Positions 25,101 to 37,474 of a DNA stretch of 64,000 nucleotides are shown here, piece by piece. The stretch covers positions 19,964,001-20,028,000 of the forward strand of contig NC_043016.1 in NCBI RefSeq assembly GCF_006345805.1. Direction: 5' to 3'. Source of the DNA: Octopus sinensis. Taxonomy: Eukaryota. Position 1 is the stretch's first letter. The number at the start of each line of letters is the position of its first letter. Position numbers and translations under genes: made by a program. The notes below the pieces were generated by a model. That model saw only the letters and a program-made list of their open reading frames with translations, had not been told where the DNA came from and did not search any database.

Positions 25101-27451
25101 TAAAACAATTTTTTTATATGAATGTGAGCTTAAATAAAAGATTTTAATGTGAGAAATCTAATTCTGAAAATCTTGTCAAAATTGGTTCAGTAGAAAAATA
25201 GTATGAGGCAAAAAAAAAGTGACCATATTTAACAACAGTTGCTTATAAAATGAGTTTTCATATAAAAAAATTTTGTTTAATTAAGAAATCACACAGATTT
25301 TTAAGTCAGAGTTGTAGCTAAAAACCATGAGAGTTTATCTACATGTTCACTTTGGTTCACTTAAGTTTATCATTATTAATATTTTATCATTTCTCGTCAT
25401 TAATGTTAATTTTTCCTTATCTATGCCAATTTCTTCCCATGTTTCAGCTTCATTGTTTGCTTTGACTTAATCATCATAATTTCTTTCATGTGCATTTGAT
25501 CTTTAAACAAACTGACTCAAATTGATCATCCTTTGTCCTATTTCTCTTTCTTAAGCCACTGGTCATTGCTTCTGTACTGGCTCCTGTGCAGGTGGCATGT
25601 AAAAACACCTTTTGAGCGTGGTCGTTGCCAGAACTGCCTGACTGGCCCTTGTGCCGGTGACACATAAAAAGCACCCACTACACTTTCAGAGTGGTTGGTG
25701 TTAGCAAGGGCATCCAGCTGTTGAAACTTTGCCAGCCAGATTGAGCCTGCTGCAGCCTCTGGCTCAGCAGTCCTCAGTCAAACCATCCAGCTCATGCCAG
25801 CATGAAAATCGGACATTAAACGATGATGATGATGACTCCATTTGCATTAATTTACTTTCATTTCATTTTTACTTGAATCTACTCTATTATGTTCTTAATT
25901 TTGAGAGTGATAGAATTTTATTGGATATCATCATCATCATTTAACATCTGCTTTCCATGCTGTCATGGGTTGGACGGTTTAACTGAAAACTGGTAAGCCA
26001 GGGAGCTGTACCAGGTTCCAATCTGATTTGGCATGGTTTCTATGGCTGGATACCCTTCTTAATGCCAACCACTTCAAGAGTGTAGTAGGTGCTTTTTACA
26101 TGCCACTGGTATGGGTGCCATTGACATGACACTGGCATGGATGCCATTGACGAGACACCAGCATCGGCCATGACCATAATCTCGCTTGGCTTTACAGGTC
26201 TTCACAAGCACAGTATGTCGCCAAAGGTTTCAGTTACCTGTCACTGCTTCCTTGAGGCCCAACACTCAAACAGTACTTTTTATGTGCCACCAGCATGGGT
26301 GCTAGTTCAATGAATTTAATAAATTTTGGCAACTAAGATACAATGTTGCCTGTAAAAAGAGTGGACTAGCAGGAAAAAGTTGGATGCAGGAATTATAATG
26401 TACCTTGGTTATTTGAACCTGAAAAAATGCAAAAGAAATGGAAGCTTCAAAATATATCATCATTGTTTAATGTCCGTTTTCCATGCTAGCATGGGTTGGA
26501 CAGTTTGACAGGGGTCTGGGAAGTCAGGAGGCTGCACCAGGCTCCAGTCTGATCTGGCAGTGTTTCTACAGCTGGATGCCCTTCCTAATGCCAACCACTC
26601 CATGAGTGTAATGGGTGTTTTTTATGTGCCAGGCGAGGCTGGCAACAGCTACGATTGGTTGGTGCTTTTTACGTTCCACTGGCACGGAGGCCAGTCGAGG
26701 CGGCACTGGCACGGCCACATCCAGATGGTTCTCTTATGTACCACCGGCACTGGTATCACAACTACAATTTCCATTGATTTTTGATCGATTTCAATTTCAC
26801 TTGCCTCAACAGGTCGTTGCAAGCAGAGTTTTATGTCCCAAGAAGGAAAGGTATGCATAAGTGGACTGGCTACATCCCAGGTAAAGGCCATGGGTTATGG
26901 TCTCACTTGTCCTGCCAGGTCTTCTCATGCACAGCTTATTTCCAAAGGTCTCGGTCACTCGTCATTGCCTCGGTGAGACCTAAAGTTCGCAAATATTTTA
27001 GTGAGGAAGCTTAAAAATATTGCAGTTTAAGTTGAAATTTTTAAAGAAAAGAGAGTATGAAATATGCAGATAAGGATGAGAAAAGTTTTAATAATTGATT
27101 TAATAGTTCTGAGTTTAATTAGCTAGATTATTAAATTATCTCATTAGAATATTTTTCTCTATCAGTTCATTACTAATATGCCATATTTTAATAAAATTAA
27201 TGATATTTTTATTACTTCATATTCCACCTTGTTTGTGATATTTTCAAGCTTCCATCTCTGATTTCTGCACTTTTCCAGATTCAGTTAACTAAGAACATTT
27301 CCTGGTAGTTAAAGCAGTGGACCATTGTCTTTGGCTGTTTATTCTGGCTCTGTGTTCTGAGTTCAAATTGCATTGAATCTAACTTTGCCTTTCATCTTTC
27401 TGGTGCTGAGAGAATAAAATAAAGTAGCAATCAAATACAGCTTAATGTTGA

Positions 27452-27530
<79 letters not shown>

Positions 27531-28385
27531 GTCTCTCTCTTTCCCTCTGCCCTCTCTCTGTCAGGATGTGGCAGTGGGACAGCTACTCAATATCTCTTGC
27601 TTCCAAGACAACCACTTACATTCCTTCGCTGTAGAGTGTGGTAGCTGGAGCTCTGCTATGTTCGGCACATGATAGTGGAGGTGGTGGCACCTCTGGCATA
27701 CGAAGATGCATTGGTGTGCTATAAGTGCACCAGTGATTTTTTTTTTATTTGATTTCTTCTGTGACACAAAGTCACTAAGACTGAGAACAACTGTAGTTCT
27801 ATGTCATCTCTGTCTCTCTCTCTCTCCCTTATACTCAGACTCCCTCAGTATACCTTCTCCTTCTCTCTCTCTCTCTCTCTCACTGTACATATTGTGTACT
27901 CTGTGCATGTGATTTTCGTACAGTGTGTTCATCAGCATAAGTAAAACTAAGGTTTATTTTTCCATTCTTCTGTTCTTTCAGATCAGAATTCATCCAATGA
28001 AGACTGCTCTGTTAAGTGTCTTTCCCCATATCAATGGATTGTGGGAATTCTTCATATTGTTGTTTGAACTAGGCTACATTTTCCAACATACAAACTGGTC
28101 ATCTCCGGACCACTATTTCGCTGGTGTACAACTAGTAGCAGACTCTGAAGGAAATGACGTCTTCTCAAAAGCCGATTCTAAGAAGACAAATTTCCAATTA
28201 TTGTTTTGTAGGTAAGAAATTACAAGTTTTACTCTCTTTTAACAATGTTTATATGGGTGCAACACGTGTGTGTGCATAGGTGGTCACTCTCTCTCTCAAA
28301 TAAACACTTATGCACATCAACAAACATGCATATAGACACTCGTGCATATACATGCTCATGCACCTACACCTGTACACATTTATAG

Positions 28386-28435
<50 letters not shown>

Positions 28436-31400
28436 ATACAACACATTTGTGTACTCTTTACTCTTTTACTTGTTTCAGTCATTTATTTGACTGTGGCCAT
28501 GCTGGAGCACTGCCTTTAGTTGAGCAAATTGACCCCAGGACTTATTCTTTGTAAGCCTAGTACTTATTCTATCGGTCCCTTTTGCTGAACTGCTAAGTTC
28601 AGTTGTCAAGCAATGTTGGGGGAACAAACACACACACGCACATATGCACGCACACACACACACACACACACAGACACACATATACGACGGGCTTCTTTCA
28701 GTTTCCGTCTACCAAATCCACTCACAAGGCTTTGGTCAGCCCGAGGCTATAGTAGAAGACACTTGCCCAAGGTGCCACGCAGTGGGACTGAACCCAGACA
28801 AAGAGTCTCTCGCTCAGAGTGAAAGGTAGATTGTACGACGCATGTGTGCGAACTGCCATGCTTCACGGCAGTGAAACATGGGCTGTGACTGCGGAGGACA
28901 TGCATAGGCTCAAAAGAAATGAAGCTAGCATGATCTGCTGGATGTGTATTGTCAGTGTGCACACACGACTCAGTGTAAGCACCCTGAGAGAAATGTTGAA
29001 CATAAGAAGCATTGGATGTGGCATGCAAGAGAGATGTTTGCGCTGGTATGGTCATGTACTACAGATAGATGAGGAGAGCTGTGTGAAGAAGTGCCACTCC
29101 CAAACAGTTGAAGGAATCCAGGGTACAGGTAGACCCAGAAAGACATGGGATGAGGTGGTCAAGCATGACCTTTAAATATTGGGCCTCACAGAACCAATGC
29201 CGAAAGACCGAGACATCTGGAGATATGCTGTGACTGCGAAGATCCGGCAAATAAAGTGAGTTCATGACTGTATCCTAACCAGCCCCAGCCCATTCAAAAG
29301 TACTTTGGATCGTAGAGCGACCTGTTGTGCTTGAGGAGACCTATTGAGTCAAGTACATCAAAATGAAAATCTAATGGAAATTGTAGTTGTGATACCCGCG
29401 CCAGTGGCACATAAAAAGCACCATCTGAACATGGCTGATGCCAGCGCCTTCTTGACTGGCTTCCATGTCAGTGGCATGTAAAAAGCACCAACCGATTGTA
29501 GCTATTGCCAGCCTCCTCTGGCCCCTGTGCCTGTGGCACGTAAAACACACCCACTACACTCTCGGAGTGCTTGGCTTTAGGAAGGGCATCCAGCTGTAGA
29601 AACACTGCCAGATCAGACTGGAGCCTGGTGCAGCCTCCTGGCTTCCCAGACCCCAGTTGAACTGTCCAACCCATGCTAGCATGGAAAACAGACGTTAAAT
29701 GATGATGATGATCCTTAATTCTTATTATGCAAGTGTTTGGGACGTAAATTAACCAGGAATTCCGATGGAGGGTTTTAATTTAGATCACTTTAAAATATGA
29801 TTATATCATAGAAGCAGGTTCTGTTGCAGGTGTGTTGATATCAGAAGGGTTAAGGACAGATGAGGGTGTAAATCCCAACATCTACAATGTTCCTGTAAAG
29901 TGCAGCAGCCCCATGTAGCCAATAAATGAAGATGATAATTATTTTTTTATTTTGGCACAAGGCCAGTGATTTTGAAGGGGGTGGGTAAGTTGATTATATT
30001 AACCCTAGTTTTTTTTATTTGTTTTTTCTGCCTTTAACCCTCCAACGCGGAGTATAGGCCACTTATAATTGAATTCCATGTCACATAATTTTTTGCTTCT
30101 GTACTTATCCTCTGCCATGAATGTCCCCCTTTCTCTAGTTCCTTTTGTGTTGATCTCCACCACGGGTTCTTAGGCCTTTCTATATCCATCCGGATTCCAC
30201 TGTAAAGTACTTTTCACTACATTTGGTGTGTCTTTTCTAATTGTGCTACCAATCCACTTCCACTCTTTCTTAAATATTTGCTCCCTAATCGAAACTTCAT
30301 TTGTTCTTTGCCATAGCTCCATATTGCTTATGTGTTCAGGCCATCTAATTTTAAGCATACTATGCAAGCATCTCTTGATGAATGATTGTATTTGCTTATT
30401 TGTCTTAACGTTGTTCGCCATGTCTCAGCCCCATACAATAACACCGCTTTTACATTAGTACTCAACTGATACTTATTTTATCCACCCTGAAAGGAAGAAC
30501 GGCAATGTCAACTTCATGGCCATTTGAACTCACAAACTCAGATCACAAAGCCAAAAAAAATACTGCTAAGCATTTTGTCCAATGTAGTAATGATTCTGCC
30601 AGCTTGCTGTCTTTATAAATTATAATGATGACGAAGTTTCAAGCTTAACTCTTCACCTGTACAAAAATGTCGAACATTTTTGTTAATAATTTTTTCTTGC
30701 TTTTTTTGTTTTTTCTGTTTCCAGTAATTTTTTTACAAGTTTCATGAATCTTCTGAAATACCTGTTCAAAATAACATCGTTTGGTTTGTCTACTGGGCTA
30801 TCTGTTGCAGTATTTTTCCTTCAATTTCTGGATTACTGGTATAACACACAAAATAAAATGAACTCACCTGTTGCTCTGACAGCTCTACCTATCCCTCCAA
30901 AACCTGTGAAGGTAAGATTCTTTCTTGTTACTTTTGTTACTTGTTAATAATATGAATTTGTAGGAAGTTCCAACGGATTTTCGGATTTAGTTGATCTGGA
31001 TCCAAAATCTATTTACCTGGTTTTTGGTCTGGGTTTTCACTTCACTTTTATTTCACAAGTCAGTCAAAGAGTTTATAGTAGTGACTTGACTTACTAGAAA
31101 TAGCAGTCAAATACTACACAAGTCATACCTTCCTTCTTCTTTAGGTGACATGTCCAGAATGTAGGACATAGGTGACCATGTCCTGCCACAATCCTCTATT
31201 TTTAGTTTTCTGTAACAGTTCCACTTCCTGCTGTTCAGTACCACTTTCTTTTTACCAGTTTGTCAATCTTGGCATCCATATCATCCTTCTCCTTCCTCTG
31301 TTTCTTGTCCCTTCAGTCTTTCCGGTCATCGCTAAATTCTCCAGGCATTCTTTCCCCCATCACATTGGACAGTATACACCCTGATACACAAAAACGAAGG

Positions 31401-34400
31401 CTTTAATGAAAGGCTGGAACAACTTTTAATGGAAGGTCTGTTCACTCAGAGCTGGCCTGGAGGCTAAACAACAATTTGCAATTTTGTGCATTTTCTTTTT
31501 AACCCTTTAGTGTTCGCATTATTCTGCCAAAATTAATCCTTTTTTATCCACATTGCCTTGAACTAGTCAGGCATTATCTTGTAGCTATGAGATTTTGATG
31601 AGGTAGCTGTTAATTTTTAAAACGATATTGTAGGGTTGGTGTGAGAGACCAGATCTGGCCAGTTTGAACATAAAACAGGTAGAATACTTCTGGCCGGATA
31701 TGGCCGGTTTAAATGTTAAAGGGTTAAATATTTCATCTGCCTGTGACTTTTACAAGTGAAATTGATGCAGATGTTCTTCTTGAACAGTTGACAGTAAAAC
31801 ATGAGCGTGGTGGTGGTGGTGGGGGGGTAGGGGGTAGGGAAGGAATTCAGGGTAACAAGAACTGAATGAAGGAGTTGGCATGGAATTAACTAAGGAGGAC
31901 CTCATCATCATCATCATCGTCTAATGTCCGTTTTCCATACTGGCATGGGTTGGACAGTTTGACAGGCGCTGGCAAAGCCAGGAGCCGCACTGGGTTTCAT
32001 TGTCTGATTTGACATGGTTTCTACAGCTGGATGCCCTTCCTAATGTGTTCTTGGTGCCTTTTTCCTTAACACCAACGCCAGTGCTTTTTATGAGGCACGA
32101 TCATCCATTACTTAAGTGAGGTATGATGGTTATTCATTTACTGTTTTACTCTTTTACTTGTTTCAGTCATTTGACTGCGGCCATGCTGGAGCACCGCCTT
32201 TAGTCGAGCAAATCGACCCCGGGACTTATTCTTTGTAAGCCCAGTACTTATTCATCGGTCTATTTTGCCGAACCGCTAAGTGACGGGGACGTAAACACAC
32301 CAGCATCGGTTGTCAAGTAATGCTAGGGGGACAAACACAGACACACAAACATATACATATATATATACGACAGGCTTCTTTCAGTTTCCGTCTACCAAAT
32401 GCACTCACAAGGCATTGGTCGGCCCGGGGCTATAGCAGAAGACACTTGCCCAAGATGCTATGCAATGGGACTGAACCCGGAACTATGTGGTTGGTTAGCA
32501 AGCTACTTACCACACAGCCACTCCTGCGCCTATTTATTTAACACCTGCATTTCATGTTGGCATAAGTTGAGTTCCGATGTCAGCTTTGGCATGGTTTCTA
32601 TGACTGGAGGCCCTTCCTAATGCCAGCCACTTTACAGAGTGTCCTGGGTACTTTTTTGCATGGCACCAACAGCATTGAGGTCACCAACTGACTTGCAAGA
32701 CAAGAAAAGAAAGGATGAGGATGGTGAGGATGAATGAAAAAGGAAAAAAAGAAGGAAAAAGAAAAAGGTCTCCTTGACTATATGGGAGTAGTGGTTAGTA
32801 TTTGAGAGGGGGAGGGGTAATGGTTCTAAGCCAGGTGTTGAGAGGCTGGAGTGTGGTGGAAGGACAAGCAGAGGTGGCTTGTGATAGAGATACAAGGCAG
32901 AGTAGTTGGGAAGCATGAAAGAGGACAGAAGTGGTGTCGGGATGTTGGAGCATCTCAAGAAGCAGTGGATTGTGGTGGGGGTAGGAGATGAAGGTAGAGG
33001 TACATGTAGTGAATGATGGAGGGAGATCTAGGAGTGGCTTTGGGGGCTGTGGCAAGTGAGATGTGGTGGTAGATGTGAGAGGGCATTGAAAATAATAGAA
33101 GGCATTAAAGATGGAGTACAATAGAGGGGAGCAATGGTTGAAGTCTCAAAAAGAAGGTGATTCATAGAAATAGTCTGGGCAGGGATGCTAATGGGAAATG
33201 GAAGCGGTTCAAGGTGGGGTTTGGGATGGGATATAATATTTCCCAGCTCTCTCAGATAATTACAACAGCCAAGTAGTATCATAGATAAAGAAGTAATGAG
33301 TGTTACAGGATTGAGATGTGGAGGAAATGCTTGACAGGGCAGAGAGAGAAGAGGAGCAGGACCCTGTATGTTCAAGCATAACAAGTGTGGGGTTTTAGGA
33401 TATTATTTCTAGTGTGGAGGATGGGTTTTCTTAAGCACAGAAAATGGCTAATCATTTCAGTCGTGGTCATCTCTTCCATGATGTTCAACATCTTGAGATC
33501 AGCTTTCACTATTTTGTCCCACATCTTCTGCAAGTTCCATCCACTTAAAGGGATCAGCACTTTTTTATGCAAGCTCTCCTCATCCATATGCCTCACCACA
33601 TGAGCAAACCAGCACAGTCTTCTCTCTTGCACACAACATCCAATTCCTCTTGTGTCTAATTGTTATCTGAGTGTATTAGCACTTTGTTTTACATGCAACT
33701 GACATTACACATTCAAGGGATGTATGTTCATAGATATATGTGTGTGTGCGTGTGTTTAAATGAAAAAATGCACAGGACATCACCAATGAGTGAAAAATAT
33801 GTAAACACACAGCGAGAGATAAGTTAGGGACAAACTACCAAAAGATGTCTAACCCCTCCTCAGTTGTTGACTGTGATATTACTCCCTGTTTCATGCTTTT
33901 AACAAAACGACAGGAATACTTCATAAGACAGCAACATCCAAAAATTTTTTTAATATAAAATTTGTGGAGGATTAGGGCTTCAAACAAATGACACCAGAGT
34001 GTATGTACAGAAGTAAACTGTGGATGAAGACAGACATTAAGTGCCATTAGGCCAAAATGCATTGTAATGGGTAATGCCTGGGAGAAATTTTGAAAGTATA
34101 TAGAATAGATAGTAGAAGAGAAAAGTATATCGAGAGGCGAGAGAAATGAAGTCCAGCTAGCTGGCCGTCCAATCCAGAAAAGACAGAATATATATGATAA
34201 GTGCAGGAATGGCTGTGTTAAGAAGTTTTTGCTTCCTGACCGCATGGTTCCAAGTTCAGTTCTACTTTATGCCACCTTGGACAAGTGCCTTCAATTGTAG
34301 CTCTAAGCCAACCAAATCCTTATAGGTGAATTTGGTGGACGGAAACTGAAAAGAAGCTCATCATAAATATCTGTGTGTGTGTGTTGCTGTCCCTGGCCTT

Positions 34401-34774
34401 GATTTTATGCGATAGTTTTAGAGTGTCATTGTCATGCAAGCAGTGTCTTTTGTTTCCAAATCTTCCATGATAAAATGTTTGGTCAAGGAGGAATATTTCC
34501 TTACATGGAAACAGGTGAGGGTTGGCAACAGGAGGAGCATTCAGCTGTAGAAAATCTGCCTTATAAATTCCGCCTACACATGCAAGCATGGATGAGTGGA
34601 CATTAAAACAATGATGCATGTGTGTGTATATATAGATAAGTATGCATGTATGTATGTACATATGTATATATATATGTGTGTGTGTGTGTATATGCGTGTG
34701 TAAATATATATATATATGTGTATATATATATGTGTGTGTGTGTGTATATATATATATATGTACGTATGTGTATA

Positions 34775-34809
<35 letters not shown>

Positions 34810-34860
34810 GTACGTATGTGTATATATGTGTGTGTGTATATATATGTGTGTGTGTATATA

Positions 34861-34908
<48 letters not shown>

Positions 34909-37430
34909 ATATATAATCCTTACTGAATATGGTCATTTCCATACTGAAAAAACTACTAGGTGAAATTTATTAATTTTATTAAATTAATTATATTTCACCC
35001 TTTATGTGTATTGAATACTATTACCCCCATACAATGAATCTGCGAAACTTCGTTTCGGTGGTAGTGTTTTTGTAACTCACGTGGTAAAATTTTGGAGGGA
35101 GATACGAATTTGCCTGTCTATATAAATGTGGAGATGCTGGCAGACCGTTATGTCGTTCGATGTCGCCTGGTCGAGTTGATGTAATGGGTGAGTTTTTTCC
35201 TAGCATTTCTAGATTTATAGGAAATATTATGTTGATAAGGAAATGAACTTTCGGTTCTAATCCAGAAACGAATTCGTCCATAATTAATCCAAATAGGCTG
35301 GGATTTCGTTGTCTTCTTTCTCTTTACATGTGGTTTTGAGCAACTTGTTGCAATTAACGCTTTATTATAATTATATATATATATATCATCATCATCATCA
35401 TCATCAATTAACGTCCGCTTTCCATGCTAGCATGGGTTGGACGGTTCAACTGGGGTCTGGGGAGCCCGAAAGCTGCACCAGTCCAGTCAGATCTGGCAGT
35501 GTTTCTACAGCTGGATGCCCTTCCTAACGCCAACCACTCCGAGAGTGTAGTGGGTGATTTTATGTGCCACCGACACATATATATATAATTGTCCAAATAC
35601 TAAAATATCCTGTACATTGTTTTTATTTCAGTTGAAATTACCTGCTGGCTGTTCATATTCAACATGCCCTCTTTGTAAAAAGACAAGAACTAATGACACC
35701 GTGCTAAGTGTCACTGGGTAAGTGGATGCATCTTAGTTGATTTCAAATTTTGGCACAAGGCCAGCAATTTGAATGGGAGGGATAAGTTGATTAAATGGAC
35801 TCTAGTGCTCAACCGGCACTTATTTTATTGATCCCAAAAGGATGAAAGATAAGGTCAACCCTAGCAGCATTGGAACCCAGAATGTGAAGATGTATGAAAT
35901 GCTACTAAGTATTTTTCCTGATGTGCTAACAATTCTGGGTACAAACCAACCTCAACTTTGGTTTTAAAGCGTTGACCTCACAATCAATTTTAATTTAACA
36001 GTGAGACACTTTTGGACAAACTATTGCCAGAGCAGCCAACTGGCTTCCATGCCGGTGGCACATAAAAGGGCACCATTCGAGTGTGATTGTTACCAACGTC
36101 GCCTTACTAGCACCTGTGTTGGTGGCATTTGTAAAAAGATTCGCGCGAGGTCGTTACCAGTACCGCCTGACTGGCCCCCGTGCCGGTGGCACGTAAAAAG
36201 CACCCACTACACTCTTGGAGTGGTTGGCACTAGGAAGGGCATCCAGCTGTAGAAACTCTGCCAGATCAAGATTGGAGCCTGGTGCAGCCGTCTTGTTTGC
36301 CAGCCCTCAGTCAAAATCGTCCAACCCATGCTAGCATGGAAAGCAGACGTTAAACGATGATGATAATGATGATGATGTCCTTTCCTCATAGCCGTTGTTT
36401 GACATAAGCCTTCTGGCAGAAGCTTGGGAGATTGACTTAATCAAGACTTAGCTGGTCCACCACATGGTTCATTACATTGTTGCTGTATGGTGGGCTGTGT
36501 GTCTTGGTGACCCTGAGAGTTATTGCAGTGGAGTGCAAGCTCTTGGTAAGGCCTCCCATGCTGGACAAGTCAAAAGATAAAGGCAAGACTAATATTAACT
36601 ACCTCTTCCATCATCATTATTTAATATCAGTTTGACAGGACCTGGCCAGCTGGAGAGCTACCCAGACTCCAATTGTCTGTTTTGGTCTGGTTTCTACTGC
36701 TGGATACCCTTCTTAATGTTAACCATTTTACAGAGTGTGCTGGGTACTTTTTACATGGCACCAGCATAGAGTCAGTATTTCTACCTAGAAGAAAACTCAA
36801 AGTTACAGAAGCATTGACATTTCAAAAAACCAAGAACAGAAAGATGAAGGCTTTATCTCAGGGAAGGCAGGATATTGAAGCAGAGCTGAAAGAAGCAGAA
36901 AAGACAGTCCAAATTCAAGAAGAGTGGACAAAAGTCTTTGATGGTCTATGCTTCCATAGGAAGTGAAGGGCTCAAGAAGAGGAACGACATGGCTGGTAGG
37001 CTTCGTCCTGTCAAATGGTAACCATCAACATCAGAACCTTGGGTGCTTTTAGTAGATTCCCTTCTTGCAATGATTTGGATCAAGTCTCTGGTTTGAGAAT
37101 AACTTGTTATTCTAATGCATTGCTTTCTATTGTAGCAATCAACGAGTATTGGTTAATTCCTTTCTTTTCTCCAATTGGGCTCAAATATCCTGGAAGATTC
37201 TATGATCACCATGCTCCCTCCTGTAAAATATTATAGCGGTTAAAAGAACATGAAAATATATTTAACATATAGGAGTGGCTGTGTGGTAAGTAGCTTGTTT
37301 ACCAACCACATGGTTCCGGGTTCAGTCCCACTGCGTGGCACCTTGGGCAAGTGTCTTCTGCTATAGCCTCGGGCCGACCAAAGCCTTGTGAGTGGATTTG
37401 GTAGACAGAAACTGAAAGAAGCCTGTCGTA

Positions 37431-37474
<44 letters not shown>

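Noticed and set aside
32640-33370. Purine-rich block with minus-strand Pro/Leu-rich ORFs
   Set aside because: May be a decayed Penelope remnant, but motifs are too weak to call; not a host exon (no consistent splice or frame).
34320-34942. Stacked long ORFs (up to 195 aa)
   Set aside because: Translations of a TA/TG microsatellite.
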